Shown piece by piece: positions 29,628 through 38,405 of a stretch of DNA of 64,000 nt. The translations under genes were made by a program, and so were the position numbers. Source of the stretch: an uncultured Bacillota bacterium (GTDB lineage: Bacteria; Sysuimicrobiota; Sysuimicrobiia; Sysuimicrobiales; Segetimicrobiaceae); contig CAWDRG010000010.1 in NCBI GenBank assembly GCA_963804645.1, positions 1 to 64,000 on the forward strand, written 5' to 3'. Every line of letters begins with the position of its first letter. Position 1 is the first letter of the stretch. The notes under the pieces are model-generated. The model was not told the DNA's origin and did no database searches. It saw only the letters and a list, made by a program, of their open reading frames with translations.

Positions 29628-30320
29628 CTAGGGGCCGCGCATGACGTGGGACAAGCGCGCCGTCCATTCGTACTTGGTTGCCGCCGCAACGGCCTCCATC
29701 GCGCGGGCATAGGCCGCGCCGCCGAGCAGTCGTTCCGTCGCGGCGCGGTCCGGGAGTTGAATGTCCATGATCCAGTCGTAGTCGCTGACGAGCTTTCCGA
29801 CGTTGGGACCGACCGCGACGCCCTCGACGCCCGGCACCGCCGCGAGCGCCCGGACAGCGTCGAGCGCCTGCTGCTTCGCGCCCTCGGACGCGCCGTCGGC
29901 CCAGACGAACATGGCGACGTGCTTCACGTGCCCATGCCGGGGCGGCGGCGCTTCGTACCAGTCGACACGCGCCGTAAGCTCGTCCCACGCCACCGACTCG
30001 TTGAACCGGGACCCGGCCCCGTGCGCGGGATCCGCGCTGTACGCGTCGTGTTCGTCCCAACCGTCGAAGTCGAGATGCAGGGCCACGTCGTAGTTGCTCG
30101 GCGGTCCCTCCGAACCGCGCCGCCACACCGGGGTGCGCTCGGCGTACGGGATCTCGCGCAGTCCCCGCGATCCGCCGAACAGGTCGTCGCCGTAATCGCC
30201 CGTACGGACCATCAGGCATTCCATCCGCAGATAGGCCAGGCCCTTCAGCATCTCGACGCGCAGCTCAGGCGTGGTCGTATCCCGCAGCAACCAGATCACG
30301 GAATGGCGCAGCATCGGCAT
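29628..30320 (-). CDS. Dabb-family protein, two domains
   Basis: LRHSVIW...NYDVALHLDF...Y.ADPAH; VKHVAMF second half. Confidence 0.75.
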   Translation of the reverse strand: MPMLRHSVIWLLRDTTTPELRVEMLKGLAYLRMECLMVRTGDYGDDLFGGSRGLREIPYAERTPVWRRGSEGPPSNYDVALHLDFDGWDEHDAYSADPAHGAGSRFNESVAWDELTARVDWYEAPPPRHGHVKHVAMFVWADGASEGAKQQALDAVRALAAVPGVEGVAVGPNVGKLVSDYDWIMDIQLPDRAATERLLGGAAYARAMEAVAAATKYEWTARLSHVMRGP

Positions 30321-30322
30321 CG

Positions 30323-31015
30323 TCAATACCCTCGCATGACGTGGGTGATCCGCGCGGTCCACTCGTACTTCGTCGCCGGCGCGATCACGCCCATCGCGTC
30401 CGTGTACGGGCCGCCGCCGACCACCGCGCGCGCGGCGGCGGTGTCCCGGCATTGGAGATCCACGAGCCAGTCAAAATCGGCCGCATCGGTGCCGACGCGT
30501 TCGCCGACCGCCGCGGCATCGACCCCGGGCGCGTTCGCGAGCCCGCGCACGGCGTCGAGCGCGCGCGCCCGCGCGGCGGCCGGCGCGTCGTCCGCCCAGA
30601 GAAACAGCGCCGTGTGGCGCACGCCCCCGCGCCGAACCAGCGGGGCTCCCTCGTACCGCCAGTCGATGCGCGCCGTAAGCCCATCGACGTTCACGGAGGC
30701 GTTGAAGCGCGCAACGGCGCGGTGCACCGCGTCACCAGCGTAGCGCGCCATGTCCGCCTCATCGTCGAAGTCGAGATGGAGCGCGGCGTCGTAGTTGCAC
30801 GGAGGGCCCTCGCGGCGCGCGCGCCACCGAGGGCTCCGCTTCCACGGCGGTACCGCTTTGAGCGGGCTCGAGCCGCCGAGCAGGTCGTCGCCGTAGTCGC
30901 CCGCGCGCACCCCTGCGCATTCCATGCGGAGGAACGCGAGCCCGCGCAGTATCGCGAGCTTCTGCTCCCCCGTGATGGTGTCTCGATGAATGAAGAGCAC
31001 GGTGTGTCGCAGCAC
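30323..31015 (-). CDS. Dabb-family protein, two domains (paralog of downstream gene)
   Basis: LRHTVLF...GDYGDDL.GGS...GPPCNYD.ALHLDF; C-terminal TKYEWTAR shared with neighbour. Confidence 0.75.
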   Translation of the reverse strand: MLRHTVLFIHRDTITGEQKLAILRGLAFLRMECAGVRAGDYGDDLLGGSSPLKAVPPWKRSPRWRARREGPPCNYDAALHLDFDDEADMARYAGDAVHRAVARFNASVNVDGLTARIDWRYEGAPLVRRGGVRHTALFLWADDAPAAARARALDAVRGLANAPGVDAAAVGERVGTDAADFDWLVDLQCRDTAAARAVVGGGPYTDAMGVIAPATKYEWTARITHVMRGY

Positions 31016-31069
31016 GTCGCTCCTCCTCTGTTGGGGCGGCACGGTCCGCGCCGCCCATCGGCCGTCCGG

Positions 31070-31939
31070 CTACTGCCGCAGCCCCGTGGTAACGACGCCG
31101 CCGATGATCTGGCGCTGAAACACGAGAAACAGCACGGTCAGCGGCAGGGACGCGATCAGCGAAACCGCCATCAGCTCTGGAAAGTTCGAGGTCTCGGCGG
31201 ACTGGAATATCTGCACCGCGAGCGGGACGGTCGCCTTCGAGGTGTTGCTGATGATCAAGAACGGCCAGACGAAGTCGTCCCAGGTCGACTGGAAGATCAG
31301 GACCGCCACGGTGAGAATCGCCGGCCACGCGAGCGGCACTCCGATGCGGAGAAACGTCCGGATGTGACCCGCGCCGTCGATCCGGGCCGCGGCGATCAGA
31401 TCATCCGGGAGCGACAGAAAATACTGCCGCATCATCAGCACGCCGATCGCATTCGCGGCCACGGGGACGATCATCCCTTGATAGCTGTTGAGCCAGTGCA
31501 GCTGTTCCATCGTCAGGTACAGCGGCACCATGATGACCTCAAGCGGCAGCATCAGCGTGGTGAGCATGAGCACGAGCAGAAGATGATTGCCGACAAAGCG
31601 GTACTTCGCGAGCCCGTAGCCTGCGAGCGCCGCAAGGGTCACGTTGATGAGCGTCACGCTGCCGGTGACGATCGTGCTGTTGACGAAATAGTGCGTGAAG
31701 CCGACCGTCGCGTACGCCTCGGGGAAGTTGCCCCAGAGCGGAGGGCGCGGCACCCATTGGATCGGAAGGTCGAACACATGCGGGTTCGACTTCAGTGCCG
31801 TCGAGATCATCCAGAAGATCGGGATCAGGAACACGACCGCGGCGAGCGTGAGCAGCCCGAGCACCACGCCCTGCGCCAGCGCGGCACGCACGCGGGCCGC
31901 GCGCTTCGAGTGATGGGGTGCGACGGGCCGCGGGCTCAT
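31070..31939 (-). CDS. Carbohydrate ABC transporter permease (MalG type)
   Basis: NS..V, LP.DL..AARIDGA EAA motif, hydrophobic helices. Confidence 0.92.
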   Translation of the reverse strand: MSPRPVAPHHSKRAARVRAALAQGVVLGLLTLAAVVFLIPIFWMISTALKSNPHVFDLPIQWVPRPPLWGNFPEAYATVGFTHYFVNSTIVTGSVTLINVTLAALAGYGLAKYRFVGNHLLLVLMLTTLMLPLEVIMVPLYLTMEQLHWLNSYQGMIVPVAANAIGVLMMRQYFLSLPDDLIAAARIDGAGHIRTFLRIGVPLAWPAILTVAVLIFQSTWDDFVWPFLIISNTSKATVPLAVQIFQSAETSNFPELMAVSLIASLPLTVLFLVFQRQIIGGVVTTGLRQ

Positions 31940-31946
31940 CGCGACG

Positions 31947-32891
31947 TCAGTCCGCGGGCCTGAACGCGCGCAGGCTGACCAGAGTCAACGCGACGATGAT
32001 CACCAGCATCACGATCGCGGTGGCGGACGCGTATCCCATCCGGAAGCCCAGGAAGCCGGTCTGGTAGACGAACAGCGACAGCGTGGTGCTCGCGCTGTCC
32101 GGCCCCCCGCCGGTCATCACGAGCGCCAGCACGAAGTTCTGCACCGTGAGCGTGATCGAGAACACCAGCACGACGAGCAGGGTCGGCCGGAGCAGCGGCG
32201 CCGTAATCGAGCGAAACCGGCGCACCGTGTTGGCTCCGTCGACCTTGGCGGCCTCATAGAGCTCGCCTGGAATCGTCTGGAGCCCCGTAAGATAGATGAC
32301 CATGCACAGGGGCGTGAGCCGCCAGGCCGTCGCGATCACGAGCGCCGGGACCACCCCCTGCGTGGAGAGCAGCCAGTTCACCGCCGGGAACCCGAGGCTC
32401 GTCAGCGCATCGTTGACGAGCCCGTAGGCGTTGAAGAGAAACTGCCAGAGGATGGGCACGACGATGATCGGCACCACGGCCGGCAGAAAGATGAGCGTGC
32501 GAAACAGCCCCCGCGCCGGCACCTTCTGATTCAGCAGGAGCGCGAGGGCGAGCCCCAGCACCATCGAGATCGCGATGGTCGCGCCTACGTAGTGCGCCGT
32601 CGTCTCAAGCGCCCCACGGAAGGCGGTATCGTGGGTGAGCCGCGCGTAGTTTTGGACGCCGATAAAGTGCCGGGTGTGTTGGGTGAGGTTCGCGTCGGTC
32701 AGGCTGAGCCAGCCGGCGTACGCCATCGGCCAGAACTTGAAGCACACAAAAAGGCCGAGCATCGGCAGGGCAAACACGAAACCCCACCACGGCTGCGTCG
32801 GGCCGAGCCAGCGGCGGCGAAACCTGGTCACGAAGCCGCTCGCCGGTACGTGCTCGCGGCCGAGCACGCGCGCCGTCCCCTGAGTACTCAT
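31947..32891 (-). CDS. Carbohydrate ABC transporter permease (MalF type)
   Basis: FIGVQNY, LQTIPGELYEAAKVDGA, MTGGGP, GYASA. Confidence 0.92.
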   Translation of the reverse strand: MSTQGTARVLGREHVPASGFVTRFRRRWLGPTQPWWGFVFALPMLGLFVCFKFWPMAYAGWLSLTDANLTQHTRHFIGVQNYARLTHDTAFRGALETTAHYVGATIAISMVLGLALALLLNQKVPARGLFRTLIFLPAVVPIIVVPILWQFLFNAYGLVNDALTSLGFPAVNWLLSTQGVVPALVIATAWRLTPLCMVIYLTGLQTIPGELYEAAKVDGANTVRRFRSITAPLLRPTLLVVLVFSITLTVQNFVLALVMTGGGPDSASTTLSLFVYQTGFLGFRMGYASATAIVMLVIIVALTLVSLRAFRPAD

Positions 32892-32984
32892 GAATCGTGA
32901 CGCCGCGGCGCGGCTCCGTGACGTCCACGGCCTTCACGGAGCAGCGTCATCGCGGTCGTCTCAGCGCGGGCGATGTCCGGCCCG

Positions 32985-34301
32985 CTATTTGCCGATCGAC
33001 TGCAGGTATTCTTTCTGCATCTCGTCGAGCGCCTGCGAAACCGGCTCCTGCTTGAATACGACCTTCTGCACCCCGTCCTGAATCGCCATCTGCAGCTGTC
33101 CCCAGGTTTTGGTCTGGGGAAGCGGCTGCGCGTGGGCGAGCTCATCCCTGAACACATTGATAAACGGAGTGTCCTTCACTTCGGGTGAGGAGAAGAAGCT
33201 CTTCCGCGGCGACACGGAGCCGAGCTGCTGCCAGCGGACGCCGCTCTGGTTCGTGATGTAGTTGATGAGACTCCAGGCGGCGTACTGCTCATCGGCCGAG
33301 GCGTTCTTGTTGACGCAGTAATCGAACGAGTACTTGGGCGAGCCGCCGATCTGCCCGGACAGGCTCGGCAGCGACGAGACGTAGACGTTGCCCTCGAGCT
33401 TGGGGTTCAGGCGCGTGGCGAAGCTGAGGGCGTTCGCGCCGCCGTACGACATCACGTCAAGGCCGTCGGCAAAATCCTGGTAGGGCGAGGTCTGGACGTC
33501 CTTGGTGACGGTCGGCTCGACCGCGACATCCGGGAAGATCTGCATCGCCTTGGCCGCCGCCGCCGAGGTCAAGAGCGGGTTTCCGCTGGGGTCCAGCACC
33601 CGCGCGCCCTGCGATTCCACGGACGCGACGAACAGCATGGCGTACCATTGGGGGCCGGCGGTGTACCGGATGCCGAACCCCCGCTGGACGAGGTGATGAT
33701 TGCTGTCGTACTTCGTCAGCGTCTTCTGCAGGGCGGCGACCTGCGCCCAGGTGTGCGGCACGTCCTGCGGAATCTTGAGCCCCGCGGCCGTGAACAGCGG
33801 CTTGTTGATGAACAGGCTCCACGCCGGTGCCACGCTCGGGAGGCAGTAGATCTGGCCCGCCCGGCTCTGCGCGTCGAGCGCGTGCGGAAGATACAGCGCG
33901 TAGATCTGGCTCACGTTCGGCACGTCGAACGGACCCGGGGTCGCCGGCGCCATGTACGGGATGAACCCCTCGATCCACGGCTCGAACGCCGAGAAGAGCG
34001 TCGGCCCGCCCCCGGCCGGCAGCTGGGTCGAGAGCTGCTGGAACGCCGGGCCGAGGGGCGCCTGCTGCGCCTGCACGGTAACGTTCGGGTGCAGCTTCTG
34101 CCACTCCGTGATGTACTTCTGTTCGAACTGGAACGACGGCAGCTCGTCGCTGCCGTTCATGGTGATCGTGATGTTCCCAGCCGGGAAGGCCGACCCGGCC
34201 GGACTTGCGGCGATGCTGCTGCCCACCCCGAAGGCGGCCGGGAGCACGGCCGCCAAGCACACTGCGATCCACACGAGAAGCGATCTGCGCACGATTCTCA
34301 C
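32985..34301 (-). CDS. Carbohydrate ABC substrate-binding protein, copy 2
   Basis: Signal peptide; HPNVTV, LFINK.LF.AAGL..P.TW (family 1 SBP pattern). Confidence 0.88.
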   Translation of the reverse strand: MRIVRRSLLVWIAVCLAAVLPAAFGVGSSIAASPAGSAFPAGNITITMNGSDELPSFQFEQKYITEWQKLHPNVTVQAQQAPLGPAFQQLSTQLPAGGGPTLFSAFEPWIEGFIPYMAPATPGPFDVPNVSQIYALYLPHALDAQSRAGQIYCLPSVAPAWSLFINKPLFTAAGLKIPQDVPHTWAQVAALQKTLTKYDSNHHLVQRGFGIRYTAGPQWYAMLFVASVESQGARVLDPSGNPLLTSAAAAKAMQIFPDVAVEPTVTKDVQTSPYQDFADGLDVMSYGGANALSFATRLNPKLEGNVYVSSLPSLSGQIGGSPKYSFDYCVNKNASADEQYAAWSLINYITNQSGVRWQQLGSVSPRKSFFSSPEVKDTPFINVFRDELAHAQPLPQTKTWGQLQMAIQDGVQKVVFKQEPVSQALDEMQKEYLQSIGK

Positions 34302-34467
34302 CCCTAAGGGACTGTGGTAGAGTACGTTCGTTGTTCTCGACCGGTGGCGCTTGGCTGAGTGCTACGGTCACGGGTCTTGACATCCCGACGCGCCGGCTCG
34401 GCGCTCACGGGGCCTCGCCAGACCGACACGATCGCTGCGGCTTCAGCGCGGGCGAACGTCCGGCCCG

Positions 34468-35775
34468 CTATTTGCCAATCGATTGCAAGTACTCCTTCTG
34501 CATCTCCGGAAGTGCCTGCGAGATCGGCTCCTGCTTGAACACGACCTTCTGAACCCCGTCCTGAATCGCCTGCTGCAGCTGACCCCAGTGGCTTGTCTCG
34601 GGAAGTGCCTGCGCATGGACCAGCTCGTTCTCGAAGACACTGATGAACGGCGTGCTCTTCACCGCGCTGGAGGCGAAAAAGTTCTTCCGCGGCTGTATCG
34701 CACCGGTCTTCGTCCAATACAGATCGCCGTGGTTCGTCATGTAGTCGATCAGGCTCCAGGCTGCGTACTGCTCGTCGGCGGACGCGCTCTTACTGACGCA
34801 ATAGTCGAACGAGTACTTGGGCGATCCCCCGACCTGCCCCGACAAGCTCGGGAGCTGCGAGACGTAGACGTTGCCGGTCAGCTTCGGATTCAGGCGCTCG
34901 GCGAAGCTGAGCGCGTTCGCGCCGCCGTACGACATGACGTCGAGGCCGTCGGCAAAATCCTGATACGGAGACGTCTGAACGGCTTTGGTGACGGAAGGAT
35001 CGACCGCGGTCTCCTGAAAGATCTGCATCGCCTTCGCGGCCGCCGCGGACGTGAGCAGCGGGTTCCCGCTGCTGTCCAGCACCTGCGCGCCCTGCGACTC
35101 GACGGACGCGACGAACAGCATCGAGTACCACTGGGGCCCCGCGGTGTACCGAACGCCGAAGCCGCGCTGAATGAGGTGATGACTACTGTCATACTTCGTC
35201 AGCCGCTTCTGCAGCGCGGCGACCTGCGCCCACGTGTGCGGAACGTCCTGCGGGATCCTGAGGCCCGCCGCCGTGAACTCCGGTCTGTTAATGAGCAGAC
35301 TCCATGAAGGAGCCGCACTCGGAAGGCAGTAAATCTGGCCCTGCCGGCTCTGGGCGTCGAGCGAGTGCGGGAGATACAGCGCATAAATCTGACTCATGCT
35401 CGGGAGCTCGAACGCGGCCGGATTCGCTGGCGCCATGTACGGGTAAAAGCCTTCGATCCAGGGCTCGAAGACCGAGAAGATCGTTGGCCCGCTCCCGGCC
35501 GGCAGCTCGGTCGAAAGCTTCTGAAACGCAGGGCCGAGGGGCGCCTGCTGCGCCTGCACGGTCACGTTCGGGTGCGCCTTGTTCCAGCCTGCGATCAGGC
35601 TCTGCTCGAGCTGAAACTGCGGCAGCTCGTCGCTGCCGAACATGGTGATCGTGATGTTGCCTGTCGGGAAGCCGGATGCGGCTGCACCGGCAGCGATACT
35701 GCTGTCCACGCCGAGCGCGGCCGGGAAGACGGCCGCCAAGAACACTGCGGTCCACACGAACAGCGATCTGCGCAT
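34468..35775 (-). CDS. Carbohydrate ABC substrate-binding protein, copy 1
   Basis: Close paralog of 32985-34301; both end EMQKEYLQSIGK. Confidence 0.88.
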   Translation of the reverse strand: MRRSLFVWTAVFLAAVFPAALGVDSSIAAGAAASGFPTGNITITMFGSDELPQFQLEQSLIAGWNKAHPNVTVQAQQAPLGPAFQKLSTELPAGSGPTIFSVFEPWIEGFYPYMAPANPAAFELPSMSQIYALYLPHSLDAQSRQGQIYCLPSAAPSWSLLINRPEFTAAGLRIPQDVPHTWAQVAALQKRLTKYDSSHHLIQRGFGVRYTAGPQWYSMLFVASVESQGAQVLDSSGNPLLTSAAAAKAMQIFQETAVDPSVTKAVQTSPYQDFADGLDVMSYGGANALSFAERLNPKLTGNVYVSQLPSLSGQVGGSPKYSFDYCVSKSASADEQYAAWSLIDYMTNHGDLYWTKTGAIQPRKNFFASSAVKSTPFISVFENELVHAQALPETSHWGQLQQAIQDGVQKVVFKQEPISQALPEMQKEYLQSIGK

Positions 35776-35902
35776 CTACCTCACCTATGCAGATGTGTCG
35801 TTTACCACAGCGATCCTTACCGTGTGACCGAACAGCACTCGGCTTGATTCTACGGCGACCGGTGGGGACCTGTTCCGCTGTCAGCGCCGGTGATACACAG
35901 GG

Positions 35903-36031
35903 CGGCACAGACTCCCGCAGCCGGAACGGACCGGTGCCGACGGCAGTCAGCGCCAGATTCTGCTGCTCCGCGATGCCGTTCGGGATGATCCCGGACGCGC
36001 AGGCTGGCGAACTCGCTCAGCAGCCCCGGGG
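35903..36031 (-). pseudogene. Internal fragment of a family 5 ABC substrate-binding protein
   Basis: Manual translation PGLLSEFASLR/(frameshift)/SGIIPNGIAEQQNLALTAVGTGPFRLRESVP; matches the VGTGPYRFVEYTP motif of intact SBPs here. Confidence 0.65.
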
Positions 36032-36233
36032 TGCGGCGCGTTCACTTACCCCGAAGAGCCAGATGGACTTTTGCAACAGAAGGTGTTCAGGCACAGATAA
36101 TGGAAGTTCCGGATCATATAGACGTCGTTTCAGAGAAGGAACGACGAATCGGCAAGCCCGCAAAGGTACAGCATCCCCCGGTCAGGGGCGACTGCCGAAG
36201 ACACTGTGGAATCTGAATTTAGGGAGGAAGAAG

Positions 36234-36650
36234 GTGAGTGACCAAGCCAATGTGGCTTTGGTTCAGAGTGTGTACCACGAGTTCAGCCGCGGCGATATCG
36301 CGGCCGTCCTGAATCACCTGGATCCGCAGGCGGACCTGAACTTCGAGGGGCCGTCGGCGATTCCGTGGGCTGGAAATTGGCACGGACGCGAGGGCTGGGC
36401 GAAGTTCTTCCAGGCGCTCGGCGAGAACCTCGACGACATCACGGTGACGATGGAACCGTTCGCGGTGCAGGGTGACAACGTGGTAGCGGCCGGGCGGTAT
36501 CAGGCGCGCGTCAAGCTGACGGGCAAGCGGATCGATTCGCCGCTGGTGCATCTGTGGACCATCCGCAATGGCATGGTAGTACGGTGTCAGGAACTGACCA
36601 ACACAGCGACAGAGGCGGCCGCATTTACTGCGGGCGCTGCAGCACGGTAA
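36234..36650 (+). CDS. SnoaL-like / NTF2-fold protein
   Basis: N.ALVQSVY.EFSRGD, IPWAG.WHGR, HLWTIRNG; GTG after AGGGAGG. Confidence 0.88.
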   Translation: MSDQANVALVQSVYHEFSRGDIAAVLNHLDPQADLNFEGPSAIPWAGNWHGREGWAKFFQALGENLDDITVTMEPFAVQGDNVVAAGRYQARVKLTGKRIDSPLVHLWTIRNGMVVRCQELTNTATEAAAFTAGAAAR

Positions 36651-36713
36651 ACGCGGCAGTCTCCTCAATTCTGAAATTTGCCGTTAAGGCCTCGCGCTGC
36701 GGATGAGACCATA

Positions 36714-36866
36714 TTATGCTAAACCATTAACGCCCTGGGCGTACGTGGCAAACGTGTCCGGCACGTCGGTGATCGTATAGCCGTAGGTGTCGGCCGTGCG
36801 GACCGGCATCGCGCTGAGCACGCCGATCGTGAGCAGGACAGCCAGGAGTCGAACGACAATTCGCAT
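36714..36866 (-). pseudogene. 50-codon ORF: signal peptide plus one HAF-like repeat start; truncated secreted protein or small protein
   Basis: MRIVVRLLAVLLTIGVLSAMPVRTADTYGYTITDVPDTFATYAQGVNGLA-stop; below the ORF-track cutoff. Confidence 0.45.
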
Positions 36867-36943
36867 CGGCCCACCATGCCAGGCGTCCGGCGCACCTCTC
36901 TTTGCGAATCAGGCGCGATCGTGCCGCGGTCCGCGCCGTCGCG

Positions 36944-36973
36944 TTGACGCCTCGAGCCGGTGAATGGTATCAT
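36944..36973 (+). promoter_or_regulatory. Sigma70-type promoter for the aminotransferase-serS operon
   Basis: TTGACG - 18 nt - TATCAT with TG extension. Confidence 0.7.
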
Positions 36974-36979
36974 CCTGAT

Positions 36980-37161
36980 ACAGTCGGAGATGCGTCCGGC
37001 GACGGCGACCTTCGGTCGTGCTGCTCCGGGCACGCCCGGCGAGTCGGAGCGCATCCGGACGGCGCGCGTGATCGCTGTTGCGTGCCAGGCGCGGCTGCCT
37101 GGAACTGCACTGACACCGCGGTGATGCTCTCGCCTCCGCACGGCGGGAGCACTTTTCGTTT
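36980..37161 (+). promoter_or_regulatory. Structured leader RNA, atypical T-box-like attenuator
   Basis: Several hairpins, AAC-TGCAC-TGAC-ACCGCG motif after a stem, then an intrinsic terminator upstream of the start codon. Confidence 0.6.
37125..37161 (+). terminator. Intrinsic terminator within the 5' leader
   Basis: TGCTCTCGCC / GGCGGGAGCA 10-bp stem followed by CTTTTCGTTT. Confidence 0.8.
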
Positions 37162-37218
37162 CGGCGAGACGCGCGCGTCCAGGCGGACCGCGCCACACGC
37201 ACCACGAGGGGGAGCGTC

Positions 37219-38382
37219 ATGACCCGGACCACCCTGCTGATTCCCGGCCCGACCCCACTGCCGCCCGAAGTGCTCCAAGCGATGGACCGGCAGATGATCA
37301 ACCACCGCGGCCCGGTGTTCGGCCGGATGATCCGGGACATCCTGGACGGCCTCGGGACGATCTTCCAGACGAAGAACGAGATCATCCCGCTCAGCTCGTC
37401 CGGCACCGGCGGCTTGGAGGCGTCGATCGTCAACTTCCTGTCCGCCGGCGACCGCGTCCTGTCGGTCAACAACGGCAGCTTCTGCGAGCGGTGGGCGGTG
37501 ATCGCCGAGCAGTACGGCGTGCGCGTGGACCGCGTGGAGGCGGCGTGGGGGAAGCCCACCCCGCTCGAGGCGGTCGCCGAGCACCTCCGGAAAGATGCCC
37601 GGCGGGAATACCGCGCGGTCTTGGTCACGCAGAGCGAGACCAGCACGGGGGTGCTGAACGACGTGCGCGGCGTCCGCGAGGCGCTCGGCGATCACCCGGC
37701 GCTCCTGATGGTGGACGGGATCAGCTCGATCGGCGCGGTCCCGATCGACACCGACGGCTGGGGCGTGGATGTCGCCGTGACCGGCTCTCAGAAAGCGCTG
37801 ATGAGCCCGCCGGGCCTTGCGTTCGTCAGCGTGAGCGCGCGGGCGTGGCAGGCGGCGGAGCGGTCCACGCTGCCCAAGTTCTACTTCGACCTGCGCAAGG
37901 CCAAGGCGCAGATCGAAGGGGCCTCACCGTCCACGCCGTTTACGCCGGCGATGAGCATCGTGTTCGCGGTGCATGCGGCGGTCGGCCTGATCCTCCGCGA
38001 AGGACTCGCGCAGGTGTTCGAGCGCCACCGCCGCCTGGCCCGGACCGCCCGTGCGGGCGTCCGGGGCATGGGGCTCAGGACGCTGGCCGAGGATGCGTAC
38101 GCCGTCGACACGGTGACGCCGGTCGTGATGCCCGACGGCGTACAGGGACGCGCCGTCGTCGCGCGCGCGCGGGACGCGTACGACGTCGTGCTGGGAGCGG
38201 GCATCGGCCGCCTGGATCAGACGACCATCCGGATCGGGCATCTCGGCTACATGCTGCCGGAGTGGCTGCTCACCGGGCTCGAGGCGCTCGGCCGCTCCCT
38301 GAGCGACGTCGGACATCCGGTCGAGACCAACGCGGGCCTGTTGGCGGCGCGGCAGGTCCTCGAGACCGCGGCGCGGCGGTAG
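37219..38382 (+). CDS. Class V aminotransferase (serine-pyruvate/alanine-glyoxylate type)
   Basis: LIPGPTP, INHRGP, SGTGGLEA, ETSTG, DGISS, GSQKALMSPPGL, IRIGHLG. Confidence 0.92.
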   Translation: MTRTTLLIPGPTPLPPEVLQAMDRQMINHRGPVFGRMIRDILDGLGTIFQTKNEIIPLSSSGTGGLEASIVNFLSAGDRVLSVNNGSFCERWAVIAEQYGVRVDRVEAAWGKPTPLEAVAEHLRKDARREYRAVLVTQSETSTGVLNDVRGVREALGDHPALLMVDGISSIGAVPIDTDGWGVDVAVTGSQKALMSPPGLAFVSVSARAWQAAERSTLPKFYFDLRKAKAQIEGASPSTPFTPAMSIVFAVHAAVGLILREGLAQVFERHRRLARTARAGVRGMGLRTLAEDAYAVDTVTPVVMPDGVQGRAVVARARDAYDVVLGAGIGRLDQTTIRIGHLGYMLPEWLLTGLEALGRSLSDVGHPVETNAGLLAARQVLETAARR

Positions 38383-38405
38383 CCGATGCGAGCGGACGCC
38401 CACTC

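Noticed and set aside
36990..37124. 44-codon ORF in the serS-operon leader as an attenuator peptide
   Set aside because: No run of Ser or other regulatory codons and no properly spaced RBS; RNA structure explains the region better
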